From Nemertoderma westbladi (Eukaryota; Animalia; Xenacoelomorpha): a stretch of DNA of 64,000 bases. This document shows, one piece after another, positions 1-12,479 of the stretch (the stretch's first letter is position 1; each line of letters starts with the position of its first letter). The position numbers were made by a program, and so were the translations under genes. The notes under the pieces are model-generated. The model was given only the letters and a program-made list of their open reading frames with translations. It was not told the DNA's origin and searched no databases. The stretch spans positions 87,026 to 151,025 of the forward strand of contig JAUCBJ010006938.1 of the NCBI GenBank assembly GCA_032718475.1, in the 5' to 3' direction.

Positions 1-477
1 TTATCATTCATGAATCATGTATGTAAAAATACCCAATAAAGCGGTAATATACAGGTCCTTTTATTACATTAAATAATTTATATCTATCAGGTGTCCTATT
101 CTGGGCTGCCTAAACCAAACCCTACCAAAACCTAAACCTATACCCTGTCCTAAACCAAAATAAGGAATCTAGCACGGAGCAAGGGCAAATTGAAACACTT
201 ATTAATAATTTATGTAAAATTCTCAATAAAGTGGTAATACACAGAACCTTTTAATACATTAAATCATTTTGATTTATTTGATTACTATATTTGCATTGAG
301 TATTATGCAGGGTAGGGAATGTCTGTTATGCATTCCAAATAAAACAATTATTATTAGATGAGAGTACACTGCAATAGTAGTCTGTAACTAACAGACAGAC
401 AGACAGACCGTTTCTAGTCATGAACCGACAGGTAACTTACTGTAAGAATAGGTTACAAACCTGTCTGTCTGTCTGCA

Positions 478-656
478 GCAGTTAGAGCACAGCATGAATT
501 CCCATATAAGAGTACTGGTACTACTACAGCCATAAATAATGGAACCTTAAGGTTCCGTTTTATTCTATGGGACTTCCAAATCCTGGACAGTCTATGTAAC
601 GCTGCCCATGCCTTCCCCTTGAGTATCCAAAGGTCGTCACCTGACTTCGGATCCAT
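478..656 (-). pseudogene. RTE-clade LINE fragment (C-terminal RT region), 3' part of a copy split by the Gypsy element 657-9046
   Basis: KGKAWAALHRLSRIWKS...VVVPVLLYG matches the RTE copy at 9270-9872; the sequence resumes at 9047 after TSD CCAT. Confidence 0.8.
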
Positions 657-763
657 TGTGGGGCGAGGATAATCCAACATAAAAAATCCTTCCACACAAA
701 TAATATAATATAATCAGTTGCTAAGAAGCGCAGAAGACTGTTAAGTCCTTTAGGGGCGCCACA
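657..763 (-). repeat. 3' LTR (internally deleted relative to the 5' LTR)
   Basis: TG...CA ends; matches 8890-9046 apart from about 50 bp missing. Confidence 0.9.
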
Positions 764-2096
764 GGGCCTCCCCCCTGCGAGGAGGACAGGGCCGAGTTCC
801 TGGACGAGGTGGCGATTCGTCAGTCAGGGAAACGGGCTGGCCGGCGGACATGACGGTCTGAGAGAGTGTTACAGTTGCTGACAGTGGCGAACCAGGAGGC
901 TGGTGAGGTTGTGGAATGGGCTGGGTCGGAGGCTGCATTGGCAGGTAGGCGGCTTTCAGCCGGTCCACAGAGACAGTATATTCTTTGCCATTGCAGTCGA
1001 CAATGAAGGATTTGTCACTAGCTTGGAGGACGCGGAATGGACCGTCATAAGGTCGCCGTAAGGGTGAGGGGTGAGCATCGTGGCGGATGTACACGTGTGT
1101 GGCTTTTTCGAGGTCTGGAGGCATGTGGACTGGTGGGTCAGCGTGGAATACGACAGGAGGTGGCTGTATGGCACGCATGTCAGCCTGCAGCTGGCGGAGG
1201 GAAGCATCAGGCGGGGCTGTGGCACGCGAGGTATCTCGCACAAACTCACCTGGCACACGCATGGCTGTGCCAAAGACAAGCTCAGCTGCTGATGCATTAG
1301 TGCCCTCGCACCAGGCAGTACGAATGCCGAGTAGGACAAAGGGTTGTTCATCCATCCAATTGTGTCCTGTTAGGCGTGCCTTCAGTGCTGATTTCAGTTG
1401 TCGGTGCAACCGCTCCACCATACCATTGGCTGCAGGGTGGTAGGCAGTTGTGTTGTTGGTTGAGATGCCGAGTGTTGCCCCGAGTTCGGACCAGAGGCAG
1501 CTTGTAAATTGAAAAAAGGGATATCCAGCCGCGGATGAGGGAGCACAAGTCACAGTCTCGCTATTGGTGATTGGTATGGCCTCAGGCCAGCATGTGAAGC
1601 GGTCCATTATTGTGAAGAGGTAGACATTGCCCTCAGACTCTGGAAGAGGTCCAACAAGGTCGACGTGAAAACTGCCAAAACGTCGCTCTGCATGCGGGCG
1701 TTGAGTCACGGGTCCATGCACATGTTGGGTGACCTTTGACCCAGCGGCGCACATCACGCTTGAGTCCATGCCAAACGAAACGGGAAGATATGGCGCGCTG
1801 TGTGGGTCGAGGCCCCGGGTGGGAGAGTCCATGAATTGCACCAAATTTACGATGGGTCCATGTTGCTGGGACAATAGGGCGCGGTTTGCAGGTGGAGGTA
1901 TCGCATAGGATGGAGACATTGTTTGTCAGTTGGACATCGACAAGTGCCATTCCAGTAATGGCTGTGTGGTAGGCATTGATCTCTTCGCACTCTTGGTCAG
2001 CAGCTAACTTGGTGTAGTCAATAGTTGGGAGGGCAATGGCAGCAGAGGCACATACTGCTCGTGAGAGTGTGTCTGCAACGATGTTTCCTTTACCAC
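750..2096 (-). pseudogene. pol: Gypsy integrase region (frameshifted)
   Basis: HGLSHPG (zinc-binding H residues), HVDLVGPLP, FTIMDRFT, YHPAANGMVERLHR and GPF (GPY/F) motifs across ORFs 1633-1950 and 750-1919. Confidence 0.9.
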
Positions 2097-2949
2097 TGTT
2101 AGCGCTTTTAGTACAATATGTTCTTCCAATCTCAATTGCATATATTTTGACTTGTTTAATACCTGTGCAGAGATTCTATGCATTTAGGGCTCCTTGACCA
2201 CTGGACAATAAACGGGATTGCACTAGTGTACCTGTCAACAAGGACCGCTCACTGTGTCGATCACTTCCCTTTCCTTTCCTTCTCATGTATTGATTTGCTT
2301 TATAACTTATTTGGTTCGATACGGTATTTGATTATCTATTGTATTTAACTGAGATACTATACCGGGAGGGTGTGACAACAAAGTATAACAAGTAAATGAC
2401 TGACAAATTAATTCTGTAAGGGCTCAAGTTCGGTGTTTGTGTTTGCCTTTAGGGGAAACGTATAGTGACTTGTCTTTATGTATAATTATATGCATATTTA
2501 TATCGCAATCAATTTATGACAACTCTCAATCGTGATACAATCAATAACAAGTGCTTTTCTTATATAATGGTCTGGTATATCGCCATATATTAATTATTTA
2601 GTAAATCAGAGATAAAACAATACACGAATCTAATACAATTGTCCAGATTATCACTGATACTTAATTGCAGAGACCCACCTGTTATGGCGCGTGTAAAACC
2701 TCCTTGATTACGTAATATTGGCGGTATATTAAACAATACGAGAGCAAATTGAGTTTAACGACAGAATATCAATTAATAATAATAATTAACAAGGGAGATT
2801 ACAAGACATAAGGACATTATACTAAGACATGTAATAAACACCGATTGTCAGTAATCTGACCAGTGCTTAAGAGCCTGCATGTGAAGGAAATTATTCTGCA
2901 GGACACAGATTACAAGTGCCTGAGTAGGCCAACCAACGAATATTTATAC

Positions 2950-5480
2950 TAGGTGGGATAAATATTTCTCCATTTGACGCAACACCGCCGCGGCCGCTAT
3001 GAGGGAGGTGAATACCGCGGCCGCTCCTAAAGCCGCAGGCCATCGCTAACTATATAGGTTAACTTGGGATTCTGGGGGACTTTTCGATGAAGGAACTGAC
3101 CAAATTTTTTTATTTTCTCACCAGGGTAGCGGCTCGGAATTCTAAGATATTAGCAACTCTAAAATTATTAAATCTAACCCTTCGACGGACACGGCGGACA
3201 AAAAACCGTCATTTTTTCGACAATTTTAAAATTTTTTTGAAAGGCGCTCTACAGTGGCTCGAAAAAACCCTAGGTTATTGCTTAGCCGACGCCGGGATAC
3301 GATAGAAGGGATTAATTAGTGAATTCGTTTTTTTTTTCAAAAAAGATTACCACGCCTTTTTTCCGAAAATGTCCGTCAAAGTTGAAAAAACGGACAAAAT
3401 GACTTTGCGGGATCCGCTATAACTCGGCTAATATTAATCGTACGGGGACGAAAGTAACGCGGTTGGAAAGGGGAAGAGTGGTACTACCTTCGTATCGAAT
3501 GGGGGTAAGATATTTATTAAAATTTCGGGTGGAAAAAGGGGCCTTAACTTTTTCCGTTTTTTCCATCTTTTTTACATAATTATTATTTCCAAAATTTTTA
3601 ATTCGACAACGCTAGTAGGAATCTTCCAATTCTTTTTCGGAAAGCGTAGAAGACCACAGGGGCTACATTCCTATCGAATGGGGGTACAAAAAATATGTAG
3701 GCAAAGGGGTCCAAAAAGGGCCAGAAAATGATAAAAAGTTTATAACTAACAACTTTTTTATTTTTGTCTGTAGAAGGTTAAAGTACATTTTATACGGTTA
3801 ATATCGATACGGGGATTCCAAATATTCGATTGGTTTTGCCGCGCAAACGATATTAAAAAAATGAGGGCCAAAATTATAATTTCGCGCTTCAAACTTGCTT
3901 CGCAGGAAATCGTCTAGCTCGAAAACTACTTAACTTACGGGAGATTTGTTTGTACACAGACTTATAGTGCGTTAAATTATCTATCTAACAGCGTTAATCA
4001 CAGCGCCGGAGGTATTATAAAACTGGAGCGGCAGGCAATCGTGTGAAATATAATATTTATAAAAAGGGACGAAAATTTTTTTTTTTTAACAAATCGCTAT
4101 TCCATTATAATTTAGCGTATTGCGCCAAAAGTACCTGTAAAAAGTCTCAAATTAACTCCACTATCTTTTATCTTAACATATATAATTAAATTTACGAATT
4201 TTAAGGGTCGAAAAATATCGCGTTATTTTGGCCCTTTTTTTAATTTTTTTGGGGCCAAAAAGAACCCCTTCTCAAAAGATTAAGAAAAAAATTACGGCAA
4301 AGAATATACCAATTTTATTGAATTTGGACCACCAGAACCGAAGTTAGAGCGATTTTAGTGAAAAAATAAAAATAATTTTTTTTGCAAAAAAATTAAGAAT
4401 GGTCAGAATTGGAATTGGTCAGAATTGGATTTCGAACCCGCGAACTTAGGTTTCATTAACGTGATTGATAACCACTAGACTATGTGACCAAGTGAATTTG
4501 AAATTTTCGAGTCACTATTTTTAAACATAAATAACTTCGGTTCTACAGGGCCGTTTGATCTGAAACTTTTTTCATTGGATAGAGAATATATCGTAGTGTG
4601 TGAAATAGGATAAAACTTGGGAAAAGACTTATGTGCACTTAGTGCAAAATGCACTTAAATAGTGAACATTTTTTCGATATTTCAAACACTATTATTTCCA
4701 GTTCTATTCATCGTAGAATGTTATTTTTTGGATTAAAATGTAGTTTGGAATGATTTCTAACTATAATCGTAACATTTGTTTAACTTTTTATGTCTATAAA
4801 GTGACTTAAAATGTCCATGAATATGGTCCAAAATCGCAAATCCAGATTTATTAAATTGGATTTTTGACACTTTTAGCGACTGACACTTGATCATACACCA
4901 TCGTAGATCGGTAGAGGATAAACATAAGTTTGTTAAATAAGAGCCACCATTACGATCTGCTAAAGTGCATTTGTACAAATAAGTGTGCAAAAGTGCAAAT
5001 TTTTTAATAAGGTCAAATTATATAGTATTGGGTTCTTTTCTTTGCAGATACTTTATTTTCATATTAATATGTTGTTTGAACCTTACTGAGCGCATTAGGG
5101 GATATGCGTACAAATAACCGGCCCTTATGAGGCTTCGATTGGGTAAATTAATAAAACATAAGTTTGTATAGTATAATATTCTAAAAACCAGTGTGATATT
5201 AAATGCACTTTAAATAATAAATAGAAATCAAATAACAATTGAACCACACAATTAAAAACTCGCACAATTTTGTACTTATTATATCGCTTCAAATTAATTC
5301 AACAGTGGATATTTGGGGGAAGGGGGAAGTTACAGTGTGCATTCGGGGGAAGTTTGGTGAACTGCATTTATGCAGTGAATCCAAACTTCCCCCTTTGAGA
5401 TATCATATACTTAAGACATGCTAGGGTGACGGGGAAATATTTGTTACTGTCACACTTTGCTTCCATTTATCCTATCCTTT
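2950..5480. mobile_element. Possible non-autonomous DNA-transposon-like sequence inside the insertion (boundaries approximate)
   Basis: Abrupt shift to CpG-rich sequence with A/T runs; only weak terminal similarity (GGATAAAT); TSD not resolved. Confidence 0.35.
4417..4489 (-). pseudogene. tRNA-like pseudogene or SINE head
   Basis: 73 nt; GGTCA...TGACC acceptor-like ends, A-box TAGTCTAGTGG, B-box-like GGTTCGAAATCC; anticodon arm does not pair. Confidence 0.5.
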
Positions 5481-6302
5481 ATTATTACCCCAGTCAGATA
5501 AGAGATAATAAATCAGTAAAAACTAAACTAAACTGTCTTTCATGCAAACAAATTTCTAACAAAGACGGGTGAATGACCATGACCATGGAAATAATTTTAA
5601 ATATAATTGTATATCAACTATTTGGGGAGGCTTCCAAGTTAAACCCGAAAACAATTATTTTGTTACATATATAGTAAATAACGTTGTATGTTCTTCTTCC
5701 TCTCATAATAAAATATAAATGAAATATCTCAGATCGCTATGCCCTGTAACATTTCACAACCAAAATATTTAAGTGTGAAAAGTGTAGGCCTACCACACTC
5801 CGCCCAAACAACCGCAAACGCATAGCCAACAAATTTAACAAAAGGTTACATACATGTTGGGTTCATGACGAGATGAGTGAAAATTGATCGCGTAATATAA
5901 AGTAAAAAACGGGCTGGCTCTCCTCCACTTTCTTACCCAATGGATATGTTGTTGTAATAATCTAATATTGGGGCGGCTTTCTCTCGGTATAGTTAATAGA
6001 ATAATTTGGACCAATAAGACATCACGTATTCCATTGGGGCAATAAGACATCACGTATTCCGTTGAGGCTTACAGAGCCTCTGAGACTACAGAGCCTCAAC
6101 CATCTACAGATGGTTGAGGATTGAATAGATTAGTTCGAATATATGTATAATAGCACTAGATGGCGTAAGAACCTTTACTAGAGAATAATTTGTTAGGAAT
6201 AATTATTATGACACCGTAACTGGTCCTTTATCAATAAAAATATCGTTTTTGAGTAAAATAAGTAATTTTAAAGGCAGGATGTATAACTGCAGGAACAACC
6301 AC

Positions 6303-8150
6303 TGATGTGCCGTATATCCGTTGTGTATTCAGCAATAAGCGAGAGGTGATGAGTCAGGTGTGGTGAGCGGTTGGAATCACTGGAGAAGGCAAAAACGAGG
6401 GGTTTATGGTCGGTATAAACCGTCTGTTGCTTGCCTTCTACATAGTGGCTGAAATGGCGGATGGCCTCATAGATTGCAAGCAGTTCCTTGTCGAAAGTGC
6501 TATAGTTTTTTTCTGCGGCTGAAAGCTTTCGCAAGAAAAAACTTATTGGCTTGCAGGTGCCCTCCTGAAATTGGGCAAGCTCCGCACTGACACCGTTGTT
6601 AGAGGCATCAACAGTGACTGATGTGGGTACGGATGGGTCAGGGTGGTGGAGCAGTGTGGCATCTGCTAGGGCAGACTTGGCTGCCACAAAAGCCTCATTG
6701 CAGGCGTAGTTCAAGGTTATGGACTGTCCCTTTCCAGCAGTGGCCTCGTGGAGTGGGTTCAGCTTGGAAGCGAGGCGTGACATGAACCGACGGTATAAAT
6801 TTATCATACCGAGGAAATGCTTGAGCTCAAGCTTCGAGGTGGGGATGGGGACATTGATGATGGCATCGACACGGGATGTGAGTGGAGAGATTCCAGTGGT
6901 AGAGACGAAGTGGCCGAGGTATTGCAGCTCCAACTCCCCGAAGAGGCTCTTGCAGCCATTTTCAGCAAGCAGACGGAATACCTGGCACAGGTGCTCAGCA
7001 TGCTCCTCGGCTGTGCTGCTCGAAACAAGGATGTCGTCAAAGTAGACGAAAATGTAATCAATGCCTTGCAATATGCCATCCATCAGCCGTTGGAATGCTT
7101 GTGCTGCATTCTTTAGGCAAAGGGGCATGCGTAAGAACACAAGGCATGGGACCGAAAGGCGTGATGATGGCAGTCTTGGTAATAGCATCAGCATGCATGG
7201 GGATATGGTGGAAACCCCAGACGAGGTCAATGACAGAGAAGAAACGCTTACCTGCAAGGTTATTGTTGAAATCCTGCAGGTGGGGAAGCGGGTAGTGGTC
7301 ATCGATGGTAATGTCATTAAGGCACCTGTAGTCACCACATGGTCGCCATCAACCACTAGGTTTCGGGGCGATGTGGAGAGACAATGACTATGGCGAGGCA
7401 GAGTGGCGGGCAATGCTGAGGCATTCCATCTCATCAAATTCCGCCTTGGCGATGGCCAATTTCTCACCATAGAGCGCGCGCATGTACTGGTGGGGCCTCA
7501 GTGACAATGTGGTGCTCTGTGTTGTGCCTGACAGGGTCATCCGGCCAGAAACAAGGAACAAGTAGTTCTGGGAAATCATCCAGTATAGCCTTGAAACAGG
7601 AGCGGACAGGATGAAGTCCAATGACTTGAGTTGGGCGGGCCGCCTTGGCGGGGATTGGCTGGAGATGGTCAATACTGAGGAGTTGGCGGCCAGCAAGGTC
7701 GATGGCAAGGCGATTAGTTATAAAAAAATCTGCACCTAGGATGGGCTGTGTTACCTCTGCAATCCAGAAGCTCTGGACAAAAGTACGGTTGTTTCCGAGT
7801 ATGAGGGAGATATCCCGTTTGCTATATATGCAGATAATTGAACAATTTGCAGCAATGAGGTGCGCAGAGTGAGTACCATGGTGGTCATTGGTGGAGGCTG
7901 GGTAAACGCTCTCATCAGCACCAGAGTCAACAAGAAACGTGCAGCCAGATCGCCAGGCCCACACCGTCGTGGCCCCGCTCTTCATGGTGAGGGCATTATA
8001 GAAAGTCTTAGAAACATGCAATGACAATGAAAGCGATGTGGAAAACATGGGCGAGGGAGATGGGCCGACCGCTGCCACTAGCGGCCAGCCAATGCATTTT
8101 CCACAGCCAGTTTGGGTGTTTTGGCTGGCAGTAGGTGGGCCATGGGACAC
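6303..8150 (-). pseudogene. pol: Gypsy protease-RT-RNase H (frameshifted)
   Basis: FLVDSGA, ILGADF, LKNAAQAFQRLMD, YFDD, DAS, ELLAI, TDHKPL motifs in ORFs 7464-8150, 7388-7708 and 6268-7470. Confidence 0.9.
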
Positions 8151-8155
8151 CTGTC

Positions 8156-8847
8156 TCAGTCGCAGTTGCGGGCCTTATCACCAAAACGGCTGTGGAAATA
8201 GCAAAGGTTCTTCTGTATCTGCTGAGGTTGGCGGGTGGCAGCAGCGACAGAACCGGTGTTGAACTGGCCAGCCTGCACAATCCGGTCAGCTTCCCTGGCC
8301 AGGTCGTCAAGGTCAGCTGTAGCTGAGTCAGCGAGGACATGATGGACATCAATGGGAAGTTGGGCTAAGAAAAGTGCGTGAAAAATCGTTTCCGGATCAG
8401 CGTTAAGTCCCTTCATGCGATGCAGCAGTGCGGAATGTAGGCGGTCGCCTAGTCCATGAAGGTTGATCAGTTCATTGTCCTTAACAGCTTGCGTTTTACC
8501 AAATGCTTCAATTAGTGCAGTCTTCAGGGCATCGTAGCGGCCAATGGCGGGTGGGTTGAGGAGCAGTACACGGACTTCGACTGCGGTTGATTTGTCAAGT
8601 GCAGAAACAACATGGTTGAACTTAGTCTGGTCAGCAGTGATGGCAGGCGCACGGGAGGCAAACCCCAGTTTGCCTGCACAAACCATACCTCCGGGTCAGC
8701 TGTCCAGAAAACAGGCAGTTTTAGTGCAACGGCTGTAACATGCGGTCCAGTAAGGCTTGAAGTACCTGCGCTGCTAGGAGCTACCTGGTTGGCGAGAGTT
8801 TTGGCGAGTGTGTCGAACTGCTCCTCAGTAAGGACTGGTTGGGCCAT
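8156..8847 (-). pseudogene. gag: Gypsy gag (CsRN1-type, frameshifted)
   Basis: ALKLPVFWTADPEVWF, TKFNHVVSALD, LCYFHSRFGDKARNC; homologous to 37287-38087. Confidence 0.88.
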
Positions 8848-8889
8848 AGTGCGGTTGCGAAACGTTCAGTTAGAGTCTTGGTCAGCAAT

Positions 8890-9046
8890 TGTGGGGCGAG
8901 GATAATCCAACATAAAAAATCCTTGCACATAAATAATATAATATAATGTCAGAAAAATCTACTGACTAACAGACAGCACAGTGCAGTATAATTACTGAAT
9001 TATCAGAGAGGCGCAGAAGACTGTTAGGTCCTTTTGGGGCGCCACA
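8890..9046 (-). repeat. 5' LTR
   Basis: TG...CA; PBS-like sequence adjacent; TSD CCAT follows. Confidence 0.9.
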
Positions 9047-9260
9047 CCATGATTCCAAGTAGCAGAAGTCATCCATGTGCTCAAGCAAGCCATCGCTGGA
9101 GCTTGTGCACTTACGATCAGACATTTCTTGGGGGCTGTCATGGTTGACTGTCATGATTTTGGTCTTCCTGGAGTATGCAAAAAGACCAACACGAGAAGCA
9201 ACCTGATCCAATGTGCAGAGGACACTCTTTGTACTACTAGGATCGGCATGCTGCATTGCA
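9047..9260 (-). pseudogene. RTE LINE fragment, 5' part of the split copy
   Basis: VGLFAYSRKTKIMTVN...EHMDDFCYLESW parallels 9830-9990. Confidence 0.75.
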
Positions 9261-9269
9261 GCTGCATTT

Positions 9270-11200
9270 TTAAGAATGCTGTGCCGGCTTGTCAACAAAA
9301 TTGCACCGCCACAACTCCCTATCACCCATGACATTTGCTAGATCATCCGCATCTTCAAGGCTAGTGTCCTTTAAGATGCGTTTCAAGAAAGTCATGGGCT
9401 GTCCACCATGCTTATTCACTCCATGAGGCTGCCAAAGTACAAGATTATGCACTGGCTGGTCCTCATGGCGAAAGCAATGTCCTGCAAAGTGGAGGCGATT
9501 TTGTTCTAGTGTCAAGCTTGGGGGAACCAATGAGTCACCTCCAATGTTATATAGTGTCTGGTTGGAGATGTGTGCATTGTACTTGACACAATGAACCCGG
9601 CGTAGCATTCTTGTGAATGTGCCATCCAGAGATTTGGTGTCCTCAGCAGTTAGAGCCCAGCATGGACTCCCGTAGAGGAGTACTGGAACTACTGCTGCTC
9701 TAAATAATCGGACCTTAAGTTTCCGATTAATTCTCGGTGACTTCCAAATCCTGGAAAGCCTATTCAAAGCTGCCCATGCCTTTCCCTTACGTATTCGAAG
9801 GTCCTCACCTGACTTCCGGATCCATGATCCCAGGTAACAGAAGTCGTCCACATGCTCAATCAAGCATACCATCCTTTGAGCTTATGCTCATCCGATCAGA
9901 GACTTGCTGAGGACTTTCAAAGTTAACTGTCAAAATTTTGGTCTTTCTGGAGTTAATAAAAAGACCAACACTAGAATCAGCATGTTCTAATGAGCTGAGG
10001 AGCCGTTGGGCTCCCTCTAATGATTCTGAGAGTACTCCTAAGTCATCAGCAAAGTCAAGATCAGTTAGGTACTTGGCAGGATTTCCTCGACTTCTGGAGC
10101 CAGTAGGCGGAGTTATTATCACCCCATCATCATTATGATGATCTAAGGACATGCGTAGAACCACAATAATGAACAAGAATGGTGCAAGTGTGTCTCCTTG
10201 GAGGACGCCCCATAACACTTCAAATGGTTCTGTGTCACCGTCAACAGTAGACACAAATGTTGTCGAACCATCGTATACTGATCTGATTGCTGCAATAATT
10301 TCATCAGGAATCCCATATAATGAAAGTATGCTGAACATACGTGAGCGAGAGACTGAATCAAAGGCCTTGAAGAAGTCAACAAAGATAACAGCCAGATGCC
10401 TGTCTTTCTTTTTTGATAATTCTTCAATTATCCTTCTAAGTGCCAAAATGGGCTCCATGGTCCCACGATCTTTACGGAACCCATTCTGATTTCCACGGAG
10501 CAGTCTCTCAATGGGATCCCTGATGCGATTTAATAGAATCCTATTGTATAGCTTTGCAGCAATCGAGATCAATGAGATTCCCCGAAAAGAACCATAGAGT
10601 GTTAGGTTGCCCTTCTTGGGAACTGGCACCAACTTATTTGTTTTCATTTCTTGCGGGACTCTTGTTGTTCGGTACATGTCTACTACGATGGGATAGATGA
10701 GCTTTAAACACTCAGGTATTTTAAAGACCTCAGGGGGAACACCATCTACTCCACTGACACGATTGGTCTTAATGCTCTTTGCAGCAGCCTTCACTTCTGC
10801 AAATGAGATACAGCCAATAGGAATATCTGGGAGTACAGACTCAGACACTTTTACTTCTATAAAGTTATCAGGCAATACCCTGTCATTATTGAGGAGCTTT
10901 TCAAAGTGGGCTTTCCAACCATTGAGGTGATCGGCTGGTGATTCAGCCTTAACCTTGGTGGTTGGTTGGCTTTTCCGCCCAGTAAGCAAATTGATCGATT
11001 TCCATGCCTGGAATGATTGCCTGCTGTCGTCAGCATCATTGATGGCATCAACCTGTTGGTTTATTAGCTCCTGTAGATTAACAGAGTACTGCCTGTTCAG
11101 GGACCTAGATGCAGCCTTAAATGCATTCTTGGCCACTGTAGTCTGTTTGAGTCGGGACTCTTTCTGCGCCTTATGAAGGTCATTTCGGCACTTCTGAATT
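9270..11200 (-). mobile_element. RTE-clade LINE (5'-truncated, one frameshift near 9860)
   Basis: RT motifs VPVPKKG, RGISL, NQNGFR, FVDFFKAFDSV, GVLQGDTLAPFLF, LDFADD, YLGS; no endonuclease domain seen. Confidence 0.9.
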
Positions 11201-11860
11201 TTGTTGTCAGTCCAGGGGGCCCTTTTCCTGTTTCGAGGGTATACAGGAACCGTTCAACATTCTTTGTGGCCAAGGTTCACTGTCGTAATTATGGTCTTCT
11301 TAGAGTAAAAAGACCAAGACCAACAGAACAACGGGGACCTATAACAATGTTTGATGAAGTACACAGGGCTGGAGTTTTACTAAACCACACATATGTCATG
11401 ACAGAGCTAATGAATGTGCTTGATGGCTGGGGCCTGTTATGTCACCCCTATTTAACCCCCTATTTCACCCCCTATTAAACAGCGAGGATGTTGAAAGGAG
11501 TATCAGTCGTTTGTGACAAGGATGTGGATGGATTAATACCAGAAAGCATCTTCTCGAACAGGAGCTTAATACTTCAACATGGTGATGCGGGAAGTGATGA
11601 AAGTATCCAGTAGAAGTTTAATGGCTGATGGATTTTCTTTTTGCAACTCATCGATGATTCCATCTTTCATTCATCACATTTAATTTCATCATCGTGGCTA
11701 TTAAGTTTTAGAAGTATATCAGCTAATTCAGCCTTGCGATACTGGTAAAGTTTATAGACATGTTGTACTGTAGATACTGTTTCAAATATACAATGTAAAT
11801 AGGACAATATGATAATGCTCTCCAAAGCGAAAAATATCAACCGGCCCTATTAGGGCTCGA

Positions 11861-11904
11861 ACCCGGTACCTAGGTTTCAAACTTCTGATTATCATCAGCC
11901 GGGT
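11861..11904 (-). ncRNA. Type I hammerhead ribozyme (minimal/dimeric form), copy 1
   Basis: ACCCGG-CTGATGA-taatcagaagttt-GAAA-C-CTAG-GTA-CCGGGT: 6-bp stem I, full core, palindromic stem III loop; stem II weak. Confidence 0.72.
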
Positions 11905-12228
11905 GAGTGTACTGAGCTACCAGACCGGATGATTATTTCGCTGTGGAGTGGGAGATCACATTTAGGCCAACTAATCACTCAAAGGAAAGTACAAGTTCGT
12001 TATTCCCGTGCTCTGCCAGAAATGGCAACCATGCCTCAAAGAATAACTATTATACAGTGTTGTAGAAACCACTGTAACCCCGTATGCCTGGCCCAGGCTG
12101 TTAATTAATAATAATAAGTGAATTGTTGTGGGGAGAGTGACGCGGTGTATTAAATATACAATGTAAATAGGACAATATGATAATGCTCTCCAAAGCGAAA
12201 AATATCAACCGGCCCTATTGGGGCTCGA

Positions 12229-12272
12229 ACCCGGTACCTATGTTTCAAACTTCTGGTTATCATCAGCCTGGT
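12229..12272 (-). ncRNA. Hammerhead ribozyme copy 2 (mutated stems I and III)
   Basis: Same core CTGATGA...GAAAC...GTA; one stem I mismatch; loop ATAG. Confidence 0.55.
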
Positions 12273-12435
12273 GAGTGTACTGAGATACCAGACCGGATGA
12301 ATATTTCGCTGTGGAGTGGGAGATCACATTTAGGCCAACTAATACTTGTACTTTCCTTTGAGTGATTAGTTGGCCTAAATGTGATCTCCCACTCCACAGC
12401 GAAATATTCATCCGGTCTGGTAGCTCAGTACACTC

Positions 12436-12479
12436 ACCCGCCTGATGATAACCAGAAGTTTGAAACCTAGGTACCGGGT
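12436..12479 (+). ncRNA. Hammerhead ribozyme copy 3
   Basis: ACCCGC-CTGATGA-taaccagaagttt-GAAACCTAGGTA-CCGGGT; stem I closing pair mismatched. Confidence 0.6.

Larger units (their letters stand above)
2097..6297. mobile_element. TG...CA insertion with 5-bp TSD; probably a solo LTR (BEL-like) carrying a further internal insertion
   Basis: Splits Gypsy pol in DIRHISG|KGNIVADTLSR; TSD ACCAC at 2092-2096 and 6298-6302; starts TGTTAGCGCTTTTAG, similar to the BEL LTR end TGTTCGCGCTTTCAG at 18489; no long ORF. Confidence 0.75.
657..9046 (-). mobile_element. Decayed Gypsy LTR retrotransposon, CsRN1/Kabuki-like, interrupted by a 4.2 kb insertion
   Basis: LTRs 657-763 and 8890-9046 (TGTGGGGCG...GGCGCCACA); 4-bp TSD CCAT (653-656, 9047-9050); polypurine tract (PPT) next to 764; degenerate tRNA-Trp-type PBS (TTGCTGACCC); gag KLPVFW/CYFHSRFG, protease VDSGA, RT YFDD, RNase H and integrase in broken frames. 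Confidence 0.92.

Noticed and set aside
390-476. Inverted (CAGA)n tracts about 55 bp apart, MITE-like
   Set aside because: Only microsatellite complementarity; no TSD identified
11173-11478. 101-aa + strand ORF, vaguely C-type-lectin-like (TFFVAKVHC)
   Set aside because: No convincing splice sites or further motifs; overlaps the end of the RTE element
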